Position numbers and translations under genes: made by a program. 64,000 nt of DNA from positions 204,936 to 268,935 of the forward strand of contig CAVPMX010000002.1 of NCBI GenBank assembly GCA_963706745.1, given 5' to 3'. Below are positions 20,205 to 30,818 of the stretch, one piece after another. The stretch's first letter is position 1; every line of letters starts with the position of its first letter. The DNA comes from an uncultured Actinomycetes bacterium. Its GTDB lineage: Bacteria > Actinomycetota > Acidimicrobiia > IMCC26256 > PALSA-610. The notes below the pieces were generated by a model. That model worked only from the letters and a program-made list of their open reading frames with translations, was not told where the DNA came from and searched no databases.

Positions 20205-20266
20205 CGAGCGCCGCCTCCATTGATCATCGCCGCCGCCGTGGTGCCGCGAGACGACAAGGCTACGCG

Positions 20267-20683
20267 CTACCGATCGGCAGACGGCGACGGCCTTACCGGC
20301 GCCGGCACACGATCTCGCGCCACGACCTCGTGGGCCGTGCGCGCGACGTACTGCGCGTCGAAGGGCCCGGGAGCGAACGCGTCGGCACCGAGATCGAAGG
20401 CCCGCTGCTGCTCGTCGACCCGAGTAGGAGCGGAGCAGACGACCAGCTTCGGGCGGATCGCTCTCGCCCCCAGCTGCGCGAGGAGCAGCCACCCGTCGAG
20501 CGCGGGCATCCCGAGATCCAGTACCACGGCGTCGGGTGGGTCGGCATCCGCGGCACGCAGCGCAGTCTCACCGTCGGCCGCGACGCGGTGCTCGGACCCC
20601 AGCGCCTCCAGCGCGTTCCCCAGTGCCGCGGCCACTCCGGCGCGTTCGGTGACCACGAGAACCCTGATCGGGCGTCCCTTCAT
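20267..20683 (-). CDS. stand-alone response-regulator receiver domain protein
   Basis: IRVLVVTE...[14 protein letters not shown]...KLVVCSA is a CheY-like fold with no output domain. Starts at the MKGRPIR codon (computed from the track frame). Confidence 0.75.
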   Translation of the reverse strand: MKGRPIRVLVVTERAGVAAALGNALEALGSEHRVAADGETALRAADADPPDAVVLDLGMPALDGWLLLAQLGARAIRPKLVVCSAPTRVDEQQRAFDLGADAFAPGPFDAQYVARTAHEVVARDRVPAPVRPSPSADR

Positions 20684-20831
20684 CGTCGGACCGTCATCGT
20701 GAGAGCTCCTCCGTGAGCTTCTGAGCGTCCTGCGTGCGTTCCGTTCGGCCGGTGACAGGCCCAGTCGAGGGTGCCGCAGCCGAGAGTTACCAACTTCACA
20801 AGTAACGCTCGCCCGCCCCCAAACCCGCTTC

Positions 20832-20870
20832 GGCGTCACTTGGTCACGACTATTGCGAGTAAGTGACGCC
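20832..20870 (-). promoter_or_regulatory. perfect 10-bp inverted repeat (hairpin or operator)
   Basis: GGCGTCACTT-N19-AAGTGACGCC in a locally lower-GC spacer, 24 nt past the VWA gene stop and upstream of the receiver gene. No U-tract. Confidence 0.3.
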
Positions 20871-20893
20871 AAAGCTGCCCTGGGGGGAAGGGC

Positions 20894-22901
20894 CTATGCG
20901 GTGTGCCGGCGCTGGTGGCGCTGCTGGTCGAGGAAGTCGACGAGCACGTAGTCGCCGAGGGTCTCCGGTGTCGTGTAGAACGCCCGTCCTCGGTTCAGCC
21001 GCATCATCCGCTCCACGAACTCGCGCAGGTAGACGCTCTCGTCGAGCATGAACGTGTTGATGCGTATGTCCTCGCGCGTGCAGCGCTGCACCTCGCGGAG
21101 GGTCTGCTCGATCGTGCGCGGATGACGGCGGGTAGTCGAAGAACGCGTCGTCGCCCTCGATGTGGGCGGTCGGCTCGCCGTCGGTGATCATGATGATCTG
21201 CTTCCGGCCCGCCTGCCGGCGAGAGCATCCGGCGAGCGAGCAGCATCGCGTGCTGCATGTTCGTGCCCCACTCGAAGTCCCAGGTCGCCTCGGGCAGGCG
21301 CTCGGGCTTCACCTCGCGCGCCACCCGCCCGAAGCTCGACGAGGCCGAGGTAGTCGCGCGGGAACTGCGTCGTGATCAGCGAGTGCAGCGCCATCGCGAC
21401 CTTCTTCGCCGCGAGGAACCGACCTCGCATCTCCATCGAGAGCGACACGTCGAGCATCAGCGACCGTCGCAGTGACGCGTGTGACCTGCTCGGTCCGCTC
21501 GATCTCGAAGTCGTCGGGCGAGAGCCGCACCGGAGTGCCCGACCCCTGGCGTCGGATCGCGTTGCGGATCGTCTCACCCACGTCGAGGTGGAACGGGTCG
21601 CCGAACTCGTAGGGCTTGTTCTCGTCGGCGCGCTCGTGACCCGCACCGGAGTGCTCGATCTCGTGACGGCCTCCGCGATCCTGCAGGAGCCGTTGGAACA
21701 GGTCGCCGAGCGCGCGCTGGCCGATCGCCCTGATCCCCTTGGGCGTCAGCTCGTAGCGCCCCTCGCGCTGCTCGATCAGGCCGGCCTCCTCGAGCATCCT
21801 CGCGAGCTCGGCGAGGCGCTCGAGCGACTGGGCGGCGTCGTCGCCGAGCAGGTCGCGCGCCTGGTCGAGGTCGACCTCGGCGAGCTGGCCGGGTTGCGTC
21901 GCTCCGCGAAGGAGGCTGCTCGAGGTCGTCGAGGTCGCCGAGCTCGTCGAGGACACCGCTCATCTGGTCGAGCGGCATCGGCTCGTCGCCGCGGAAGCGC
22001 ATCTGCGTGACCACCCGGCGTCGCGGGAACGCCTGCTGGAGGTTGCGGGCGAGCTCCTCCACCTGCCAGCGGAGGTCCATGTCGTCGAGAGGGAGTCCGA
22101 TGAGCTGGCGGAGCTGCGCGCGCTGCTCGGGCGTCATCGAGTTGAGCATCTGCTGCATCTGGGCCATCTGACCGCGCCATCTGCTCGAGCAGCTCGTCGA
22201 GGGTCTGCGGGTTGCCGGGGAAGAAGTCGCCGTAGCGCTCCATGAACCCCTCGAAGTCGGGCTCCTCGCCCCGCTCCCGCTGCTCGAGCATCCTGGTTCA
22301 GCTCGGCGAGCATGTCCTTCATGCGCGCGAGCTGCTCCGGGGTCATCTCCGACATGCCCTGCGTCATCTGGTTGAACATGGAGTCGAGGAGCTGCTTCTG
22401 GAGCTCATCGATCAGCTCGTCGAACGCCCGCCGGGCCTCGTCGTCCATGAAGTCGTACTCCTGGAGCTCGCGGACGCGCCCGGCAAGATCGGGCGGCAGC
22501 TCGTCGAGCTGTTGCCGCCGCTCGCGCGCCAGGCCTTCGAGGAGCTCCTCCCGGCGCCGGTCTCCCGACTGGCGGGCGTCTTCGAGGCGCCGATCAATGC
22601 CGTCCCGCTCCTGCTCGACTATCTCGTCGAGCCGACGGGCGATGTCCTCGAAGGGCCCGCCGAGCTCGTAGCGGTCGAGCGTCTCCCGGCGTCGCTCCCG
22701 CAGCCGCTCGAGCATCTCCCGGAGGCCTTCGACCTCCCGGCCCTCGCGGTCGCGGAAGCCCTGCTGGAGCATCCGGCGCATCGCGGCGTTGAGATCGCCG
22801 TGGTAAAGGAGATCGTCGGTCATCTCGTCGAGTAGTGCGTCGGCGTCGAGGTCGAACCCGACCTGCGTACCGTCCCATCGCGAGTAGCGGAAACCCCTCA
22901 C
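20894..22901 (-). pseudogene. VWA-domain (CoxE-like) protein, broken by seven frameshifts
   Basis: Eight overlapping track ORFs carry consecutive sensible segments: FRYSRWDGTQVGFDLD..., MLEQRERGEEPDFEGFMERYGDFFPGNPQTLDELLEQMA, MAQMQQMLNSMTPEQRAQLRQL..., LLRGATQPGQLAEVDLDQ...DFEIERTEQV, SLMLDVSLSMEMRG (MIDAS DxSxS), AREVKPERLPEATWDFEWGTNMQHA, MITDGEPTAHIEGDDAFFDYPP, QRCTREDIRINTFMLDE. Junctions at ~22292, 22171, 21915, 21482, 21334, 21219, 21122. Confidence 0.85.
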
Positions 22902-22960
22902 CCTCGAACCGTAGCCGCCGTCGCCACGAGCCCGTGCCGCGGCGGGATACCGTCGGGTGC

Positions 22961-24181
22961 ATGAGCTTCCCCGAGACGTTCTGGTGGGGGACGGCCGCGT
23001 CGTCGACCCAGTGCGAGGGCGCAGCGCCCCAGGGCGACTGGCTCGCATGGGAGCGGGCCGGCAGGGCCCCTCCCTCCGGCGACGGCAACGGCTTCGCGAC
23101 CCGCTACGCCGAGGACTTCGCCCTGTACGCGTCGTACGGGCTGACCCACCACCGACTCTCCATCGAGTGGGCGCGCATCGAGCCGCGCGAAGGCAGGCGC
23201 GACGACGCCGCCATCGAGCACTACAGGCAGGTGCTGACCGCTGCGCGCGACGCCGGCGTCCACCCCTGGATCTGTCTCCACCACTTCACCCTCCCCGGTT
23301 GGTTCGCCGACGAGCGCGCGTTCCTCGACGACCGGTCCCGCTCCTACTACTGGGCCCGCCACGTCGCGTTCTGCGCCGAGGCGTTCGGCGACCTCGCGTT
23401 CGGCTGGAAGCCGATCAACGAGCCCTTCGCGTACGCGGCGGCCGCATACCTGCTCGGTGCCAACCCGCCCGGCACGAACGATCTCGACAAGCTCTTCGAG
23501 GCGTACCGCGGGATCCTCCTCGCGCACCGCGACGCCTGGCGCGAGCTGCGGGGCGGCGGCTCACCCGTCGCGACGGTGCACAACCTCTCGCCGCTCTACC
23601 CCGCCGACGACTCCGTTCCTGCCGAGCGCAACGCGCGCGCCGTCGACGACCTCATGTGGGGCGCCTGGATCCGGGCCGACCGCGACGGCGTGCTCGAGCT
23701 CCCAGGGCGTGCAGCGGAGAAGGTCGCCGACATGCGCGAGAGCGCCGACCTGATCGGGTTCAGCTACTACAGCGCGAACGCGGTGAACCGCGACCTCACG
23801 TTCTCCCCGTACCCGGGCGGCGCTCGGGTCGGGCCTCTCGGGTACGCGCCCTGGAGCGAGGGTCTGGGCATCGTGCTGCGCCGCCTCGCGGACGAGCTAC
23901 CCGGGCGTCCGCAGCTGATCTGCGAGCACGGCGTCGGCACCGACGACGACGCCTGGCGCTGCTCCGTGCTCGCCGAGTCGCTCTCGATCGTCGAGGACGC
24001 GATCGCCGACGGTGTCGACGTGCGCGGCTTCTTCCACTGGACCGGCGTCGACAACTACGAGTGGCTCCACGGCAACGACGTCCCGTTCGGCCTCTTCACC
24101 CGCGACCGCGAACCCCGCCCCAGCGCCGACCTGCTCGCCGGCTACGCGCACGCACCTCGCGGTCAGCCGCGCGAGCGGTAG
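22961..24181 (+). CDS. glycoside hydrolase family 1 (beta-glucosidase-like), intact
   Basis: MSFPETFWWGTAASSTQCEG, acid/base KPINEP, nucleophile region ICEHGVG, FHWTGVDNYEW. The 3' end overlaps the ATPase 3' end by ~19 nt (convergent). Confidence 0.85.
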   Translation: MSFPETFWWGTAASSTQCEGAAPQGDWLAWERAGRAPPSGDGNGFATRYAEDFALYASYGLTHHRLSIEWARIEPREGRRDDAAIEHYRQVLTAARDAGVHPWICLHHFTLPGWFADERAFLDDRSRSYYWARHVAFCAEAFGDLAFGWKPINEPFAYAAAAYLLGANPPGTNDLDKLFEAYRGILLAHRDAWRELRGGGSPVATVHNLSPLYPADDSVPAERNARAVDDLMWGAWIRADRDGVLELPGRAAEKVADMRESADLIGFSYYSANAVNRDLTFSPYPGGARVGPLGYAPWSEGLGIVLRRLADELPGRPQLICEHGVGTDDDAWRCSVLAESLSIVEDAIADGVDVRGFFHWTGVDNYEWLHGNDVPFGLFTRDREPRPSADLLAGYAHAPRGQPRER

Positions 24182-25565
24182 GAGGCTCGAGAGCCGAGCG
24201 CGTCCTTGTTGAGACGCTTGGTGAGGTGCAGGCCCTCGAGCACGAGCTCGACGCCCGACGCGATGCCGGCCGGTGACTCGCCGACCTCGAGCTCGGCGAG
24301 CACCGGAGCGAGCGCCGGCACAGCGGCGAGGACCTCCGTGTAGCGCGCCGCCGGAACATCCTCCCCCGTGTCGATCACGAGCCCTTCCTCGAACGACTTC
24401 ACGATCTCGCCGAGGCGCTCCGGGCTCACACGCGAGCGGAAGACCTCGACCACGGCGGTCTTGACGATCCGCTCGAGCACCTGGCCCTCACGCCCGTCGT
24501 CGACGGTCTCGATCTCGACCTTGCCGGCCGTGGAGGCCGCGATCGCGTCGAGGTCGCTGACGCGCGGAACGACTTCGCGCTCGCCACAGGTGCGAGCGCT
24601 GGCGCGTCGCATTGGCTACCAGCGTCTCGTAGTTGGCTATCGACATGCGGGCCGAGACACCGGAGCGCTGGTTGACGTGCGGCGAACGGCGAGCGAGCTG
24701 GCTGATCTCGGCGACGATCTCGGCCATGAAGTCGGGCACCGACACGGCCAGCCCGTCGGCGACCAGCGGCCGCACCTCCTGATCGACGATCGCCATCTCG
24801 TGCTCGACGTCGAGCGGGTAGTGGGTTCGGATCTGAGAACCGAAGCGGTCCTTCAGCGGGGTGATGATGCGTCCACGGTTCGTGTAGTCCTCCGGGTTCG
24901 CCGACGCGACGAGGACCACGTCGAGCGGGAGCTGGATCTTGTAGCCGCGGATCTGGACGTCGCGCTCCTCGAGCACGTTGAGGAGCCCTACCTGGATCCG
25001 CTCCGCGAGGTCCGGTAGCTCGTTGATCGAGAAGATGCCCCTGTTGGTGCGGGGGAGCAGCCCGTAGTGAATCGTGAGCTCGTCGGAGAGGTACCGCCCC
25101 TCGGCAACTTTGATCGGGTCCACCTCGCCGATGAGGTCGGCGATCGACGTGTCGGGCGTCGCGAGCTTCTCGCCGAATCGCCTTTCGCGTGGCACCCACT
25201 CGATCGGTGTCTCCTCGCCGCGCTCCGCTACGAGGTGACGAGCGTGCTTCGAGACCGGGTGATACGGATCGTCGTTGATCTCGCTCCCCGCGACCACGGG
25301 CATCCACTCGTCGAGCAGGTTCGTCATGGAGCGGATGATGCGGGTCTTGGCCTGGCCGCGCTCGCCCAGGAAGATGACGTCGTGCCCGGCGAGGAGCGCG
25401 TTGGCGAGCTGCGGGACGACGGTGCCCTCGTACCCGACGACTCCCGGAACGAGTGATCGCCCCTCGGAGAGCGCGCGCGACGACGTTCGCGCGGAGCTCC
25501 TCCTTGACGGGTCGCGAAACCCAACCGCTGCTTCGAAGCTCGCCGAGCGAGGCTGGACGGGTCAT
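24163..25565 (-). pseudogene. AAA+ ATPase (sigma54-interaction/Mg-chelatase ChlI-like), broken by two frameshifts
   Basis: Three track ORFs (24426..25565, 24488..25327, 24163..24612) give MTRPASLGELRSSGWVSRPVKEELRANVVARAL | EGRSLVPGVVGYEGTVVPQLANALLAGHDVIFLGERGQAKT (Walker A)...IFSINELPDL... | RRASARTCGEREVVPRVSDLDAI... Junctions at ~25466 and ~24610. Confidence 0.8.
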
Positions 25566-25714
25566 CGGTGCGCTCCCTCCTGGACGTCTGCCGAGGCTAG
25601 CCCGGGGCGATCATCGCCGGAGTCGCGGCCATTCGCGGCCGGGACACGTCGCCTCGAGCGTCGGACTGACCGGCCACGTCTCCTCCGACACATCTCACCT
25701 AACCTGCTGCCGAC

Positions 25715-27904
25715 ATGACAGGCGCCCCGCTCCACGACCACGATCTCTCGGGCACCTGGCGCGCCCGTCAGGCCGAGGGCGATCTGGCGAAGATCTTCGC
25801 GGCACCGGAGCTCGACGACAGCGGCTGGACGGACGTAGTGGTACCAGGGCACTGGCGCTCGGCTCCCGCCCTGGTAGCGAGCGACGGACCGGTGCTCCAC
25901 AGGCGCCGATTCTCCTCCGACGACCTGGAGGCCGGACGGCGCCGCTTCCTCGTCCTCGACGGCGTCTTCTACTACGCCGACGTGTGGCTCGACGGGACGT
26001 ACCTCGGCGCGACCGACGGATACTTCACGCCTCACGCCTTCGAGGTGACAGGGGTGCTCGCCGGCGCCGGCGAGCACGTTGTCGCCATCGAGGTGGCGTG
26101 CCCTCCACAGACCGACAAGACGGCCAAGCGACTCGTCACCGGCGTGTTCTCGCAGTGGGACAACCTCGACCCGTTCTGGAACCCCGGAGGGCTGTGGCGA
26201 CGAGTCCACGTCGTGGAGACCGGACCCGTGCGCATGGCCCGGCACCGCGTCGTCTGCACGGAGGCGACTGCCTCGCACGGAAGGCTCGTCGTCGACCTCA
26301 CGCTCGACGCCGGCGGGGACGACGGAGCGGGCACGGGCAACGGGGCGAGCTCCGTCCTGCGCGGGCGGGGTCGCCCGGTGGCGTCGGCTCGGAGCGCCCA
26401 CATCACGATCGCGGTCGTGGGACCCTCCGGCTCGGACCTGGTTCGGACACACAAGGAGGTCACGCTCGCCGCCGGCGAGAACCACTTGTCGCTGCCTGTC
26501 GAGGTCGACGCTCCGCCGCGGTGGTGGCCGCGACGCCTCGGTGACCAGCCGCTGTGCCGAGTGTCGGCGACGGTCGAGGTCGACGGCGAGGTCAGCGACG
26601 GCTTCTCGGCGCGGACCGCCTTCCGTGAGGTGCGCCTCGATCATTGGACCTTCTCCGTGAACGGCGAGCGCCTCTTCGTCATGGGCTCCAACCACGGACC
26701 CACCCGCATGGCCCTCGCAGAGGCCTCACCGGATGAGCTGCGACGCGACGTGGCGCTGGCGGTCGAGGCCAACCTCGACCTGTTGCGTGTCCACGCGCAC
26801 GTGAGCCGGCCCGAGCTCTACGCTGCAGCCGACGAGGCGGGGCTCCTTCTCTGGCAGGACTTCCCGCTCCAATGGGGCTACGCGCGCTCTGTCCGCAAGT
26901 CGGCCCTCCGTCAGGCGCGCGAGATGGTCGACCTGCTCGGCCATCACCCGAGCATCGTCTTGTGGTGTGCGCACAACGAACCCCTCGCAGTCGACATCCA
27001 GCCCGGGGAACGACTGAAGCCGACCAAGGCGATGACGACCGGCGCTCGCGTCGCTGCGTCGATGTTCCTGCCGTCGTGGAACAAGGACATCCTGGATCGA
27101 TCCGTAGCGCGGTCGATCGGCAAGGCAGATCCCTCGCGTCCGGTAGACCGCGCTTCCGGTCTGCTGCCCGGCCCGACGAGCGGCGGCACCGACACCCACC
27201 TGTACTACGGCTGGTACTGGGGCTCCATGGGCGGCCTCGCCGGAGCACTGCGCGCATTCCCCCGCCTCGCCCGTTTCGTCACCGAGTTCGGGGCGCAGGC
27301 CGTCCCCGACACCGCCGACTGGATGGAGCCCGAACGCTGGCCCGACCTCGACTGGGATCGGCTCTTCCGGCGTCACGCCCTCCAGATCGAGTACCTCGAC
27401 AGATTCGTGCCTCGGGACGAGCACCCGACCTTCGACTCCTGGCGCGACGCGACCCAGGAATACCAGGCCGCGCTCGTGCAGCTGCAGATCGAGGACCTGA
27501 GGCGGCTCAAGCACTCCCCCACTGGCGGATTCGCGCACTTCTGCTTCGGCGACGGTCACCCAGCGGTGACCTGGTCGGTGCTGGACCACGAGCGAGTCCC
27601 GAAGCGGGGCTACTACGCGCTGCGCGACGCGTGTCGGCCCGTGCTCGGCATGCTGGACCCCAGAGACGGGCGCGTCCACGTGGTCAACGAGTTGCGGGAG
27701 GCGCTACCGAACGCTCTCGTCAGGGTCGACGTCGACGGTAGCGAGCGCTGCTTCGAGGGTGAGGTCGCGGCCGACGCCGTCACCTACATCGGCAGGGTCG
27801 ACGTCACGGCCGCGCACGAGGCCTCGGTCACCGTCTCCCACCCCTCGCTCACCCCGATCCGCAACACCTACGCACCCACCCTCTTGCGGGAGGGGCGCGG
27901 ATAG
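25715..27904 (+). CDS. glycoside hydrolase family 2 (beta-mannosidase/galactosidase-like)
   Basis: 729 aa. Sugar-binding N-domain (WTDVVVPGHW, LDGVFYYADVWLDG) and TIM-barrel region (LLRVHAHV, WQDFPLQW, VLWCAHNEP). Confidence 0.8.
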   Translation: MTGAPLHDHDLSGTWRARQAEGDLAKIFAAPELDDSGWTDVVVPGHWRSAPALVASDGPVLHRRRFSSDDLEAGRRRFLVLDGVFYYADVWLDGTYLGATDGYFTPHAFEVTGVLAGAGEHVVAIEVACPPQTDKTAKRLVTGVFSQWDNLDPFWNPGGLWRRVHVVETGPVRMARHRVVCTEATASHGRLVVDLTLDAGGDDGAGTGNGASSVLRGRGRPVASARSAHITIAVVGPSGSDLVRTHKEVTLAAGENHLSLPVEVDAPPRWWPRRLGDQPLCRVSATVEVDGEVSDGFSARTAFREVRLDHWTFSVNGERLFVMGSNHGPTRMALAEASPDELRRDVALAVEANLDLLRVHAHVSRPELYAAADEAGLLLWQDFPLQWGYARSVRKSALRQAREMVDLLGHHPSIVLWCAHNEPLAVDIQPGERLKPTKAMTTGARVAASMFLPSWNKDILDRSVARSIGKADPSRPVDRASGLLPGPTSGGTDTHLYYGWYWGSMGGLAGALRAFPRLARFVTEFGAQAVPDTADWMEPERWPDLDWDRLFRRHALQIEYLDRFVPRDEHPTFDSWRDATQEYQAALVQLQIEDLRRLKHSPTGGFAHFCFGDGHPAVTWSVLDHERVPKRGYYALRDACRPVLGMLDPRDGRVHVVNELREALPNALVRVDVDGSERCFEGEVAADAVTYIGRVDVTAAHEASVTVSHPSLTPIRNTYAPTLLREGRG

Positions 27905-28053
27905 GACGAACCCGGTGTGGTCGATCCACGCTCGTGCCACGACGGGCCGATTGCCGGGTGAAGACGGGCTCGAGGGTATGGTGCGCGGGAGAGCAGGAGC
28001 ACGCTCGCACGGGCACGTAGGGCCCTCACGAGCCGTGGATCTCGGGAGACGCG

Positions 28054-28863
28054 ATGGCCCAGGCGACATCGACGAAGCAGCGGCCCACCGCGCGGCAGGT
28101 GCGGAAGCCATCCGAGCGCAGGGGACCATGGCCGGTCGAGTTCTACCGCTCGGCGGTTGGCAAGAAGTGGGTGATGGCCGTCACCGGCCTCATGCTCCTC
28201 GGGTTCGTCCTCGTGCACATGGTCGGCAACCTCAAGCTGTACCTCTCCAAGGAGGACATCAACCTCTACGGCGAGGCGCTGCGTGACCTCGGCGGTCACC
28301 TCGTGCCCCGCACGAGCCTCCTCTGGCTGCTGCGAGGTGGAATTGCCCTTGCGCTCGTTCTGCACGTGCACTCGGCTCTCAGCCTCACCCGCATCAACCG
28401 CAGCGCACGCCCCGACAAGTACCAGGCGCCGCGCGACTACATAGCGGCCAACTACGCGTCACGCACGATGCGCTACTCAGGCGTGCTGATCGCGTTCTAC
28501 CTGCTCTTCCATCTCGCAGATCTCACCTGGGGGAATGCGAACCCCGACTTCGTGCGCGGCGATCCCTACAACAACCTCGTGCACAGCTTTCAGCGCGTGC
28601 CGGTCGCGATCCTGTACGCGGTCGCGAACGTCGCCCTGGGCGTCCACCTCCTACACGGGGTCTGGAGCGTCTTTCAGAGCCTCGGGATCAACAACCCGCG
28701 GTTCAACCAGGCCCGCCGGTGGCTTGCACAGGGAGTAGTCGGGCTGATCGTCATCGGCAACGTGAGCTTCCCCATCGCGGTTCAGGCGGGCATCATCGAC
28801 CTCGAGTGCCCGGGCTCCGAACCGACCGCCCCCTGTGAAGCGTCCGCCGACGCGGCGCTATAG
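28054..28863 (+). CDS. sdhC: succinate dehydrogenase cytochrome b (b558-type) subunit
   Basis: Five-TM protein with conserved His residues ([39 protein letters not shown]), directly upstream of sdhA and sdhB. Confidence 0.8.
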   Translation: MAQATSTKQRPTARQVRKPSERRGPWPVEFYRSAVGKKWVMAVTGLMLLGFVLVHMVGNLKLYLSKEDINLYGEALRDLGGHLVPRTSLLWLLRGGIALALVLHVHSALSLTRINRSARPDKYQAPRDYIAANYASRTMRYSGVLIAFYLLFHLADLTWGNANPDFVRGDPYNNLVHSFQRVPVAILYAVANVALGVHLLHGVWSVFQSLGINNPRFNQARRWLAQGVVGLIVIGNVSFPIAVQAGIIDLECPGSEPTAPCEASADAAL

Positions 28864-28876
28864 CCGAGGACCCGAG

Positions 28877-30795
28877 ATGACACTCGACTCCAAGATCCCC
28901 CCCGGCCCGATCGCCGAGAAGTGGGACAACCACCGCTTCTCCATGAAGCTCGTGAACCCCGCGAACAAGCGGCGGTTCGAGATCATCGTCGTCGGCACCG
29001 GTCTCGCCGGCGCATCCGCCGCCGCGACCTTCGGCGAGCTGGGGTACCGCGTGAAGGTCGTCACCTTCCACGACTCACCGCGGCGCGCGCGACTCGATCG
29101 CCGCGCAGGGCGGCATCAACGCGGCGAAGAACTATCAGAACGACGGCGACAGCATCCGCAGGCTCTTCTACGACACCGTGAAGGGCGGCGACTACCGCGC
29201 GAGGGAGGCCAACGTCTACCGGCTCGCGCAGGTCTCGGTGGACATAATCGACCAGTGCGTCGCACAGGGCGTGCCGTTTGCACGCGAGTACGGCGGGCTC
29301 CTCGACAACCGTTCCTTCGGTGGCGCGCAGGTGTCGCGCACGTTCTACGCCCGGGGCCAGACCGGCCAGCAGCTCCTGATCGGCGCCTACCAGGCGATGG
29401 CGCGACAGGTCGCTCTCGGCAACGTGGAGCTTCACAACCGCACTGAGATGCTCGAGCTCGTGATGAAGGACGGCCGTGCGGCAGGGATCGTCTGCCGCGA
29501 TCTGATCACCGGTGAGGTGTTCTCGCTCTCGGCGCACGCCGTCGTGCTCGCGACCGGCGGGTATGGCAACGTCTTCTTCCTCTCGACCAACGCGAAGAAC
29601 TCGAACGTCACGGCCGCTTGGCGCGCGGCGAAGCAGGGTGCGTACTTCGCCAACCCCTGCTACACGCAGATCCACCCCACATGCATCCCCGCCAGCGACG
29701 ACTTCCAGTCCAAGCTCACTCTGATGTCGGAGTCGCTGCGCAACGACGGGAGGATCTGGGTCCCAGAGCGCGCCGACGACGACCGATCCGCGGGGCAGAT
29801 CCCCGAAGGCGAGCGCGACTACTACCTGGAACGCCGCTACCCGGCGTTCGGCAACCTCGTACCACGCGATGTCGCGTCTCGCGCGATCGAAGCGCGAGGT
29901 CGACGCCGGACGCGGCGTAGGACCGATGAAGAACGGCGTCTTCCTCGACTTCGCCGACGCGATCAACCGCCTCGGCGAGCCCGTCATCGAGGAGCGCTAC
30001 GGGAACCTCTTCCAGATGTACGAACGCATCACCGGCGAGAACCCGTACAAGACGCCGATGCGGATCTACCCGGCCGTCCACTACGCGATGGGCGGGCTCT
30101 GGGTCGACTACAACCTGATGAGCAACGTGCCCGGCCTCTTCGTTCTCGGTGAGGCCAACTTCTCCGACCATGGCGCCAACAGGCTCGGCGCGTCGGCGCT
30201 CATGCAGGGCCTCGCCGACGGCTACTTCGTCATCCCGTACACGATCGGCGACTACCTCGCTCCCATGCTCGGCGAGAAGCCGCTCCCGACCGACGATCCT
30301 GCTTTCACCGCGGCAGAGACGGGCGTCGGGGAGCAGGTGCGGGCGTTGTTGTCGAACGGGGGCACGAAGTCCGTCGATCACTTCCACCGCGTGCTGGGCA
30401 AGGTGCTGTGGGACAACTGCGGCATGGGCCGCACCGAGCAGAGCCTCACCAAGGCGCTGTCGGAGATCCCCGCTATCCGCGAGGAATTCCACAAGGACGT
30501 CCGGGTTCTCGGCGATGGCGACTCGTTCAACCAGTCGCTCGAGAAGGCAGGCCGGGTCGCCGACTACCTCGAGTTCGCGGAGTTGATGTGCCTCGATGCT
30601 CTCCACCGCAAGGAGTCGTGCGGCGGGCACTTCCGCGAGGAGTACCAGACCGAGGAGGGCGAGGCGCTGCGCGACGACGAGAACTTCGCGTACGTCGCGG
30701 CATGGGAGTGGCAGGGCACCGGACAGGCGCCGGAGCTGCACAAGGAGCAGCTGGCCTTCGAGAACGTGCAGCTCGCCACCCGTTCCTACAAGTAG
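28877..30795 (+). pseudogene. sdhA: succinate dehydrogenase flavoprotein subunit, two frameshifts as sequenced
   Basis: Segments lie in track ORFs 28835..29446 ([17 protein letters not shown]...FHDSPRRA), 29178..30152 frame ([21 protein letters not shown]...RDVASRAI) and 29869..30795 ([12 protein letters not shown]...[14 protein letters not shown]). Junctions at ~29091 and ~29889. ATG 28877 has a GAGGA SD. Confidence 0.9.
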
Positions 30796-30818
30796 CGGAC
30801 GAAGCGGAGCCGACCTAG

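Noticed and set aside
18210-20702. 830-aa plus-strand ORF
   Set aside because: An off-frame read through the formimidoyltransferase gene and antisense to whiB, msrB and the receiver gene. Extremely Arg/Pro/Gly/Ser-rich.
20894-22901. Programmed ribosomal frameshifting to explain the multiple frame changes
   Set aside because: Seven shifts occur in one gene at unrelated, non-slippery sequence contexts (for example cggTcag, gtcAcac). No shared heptamer or downstream structure is present.
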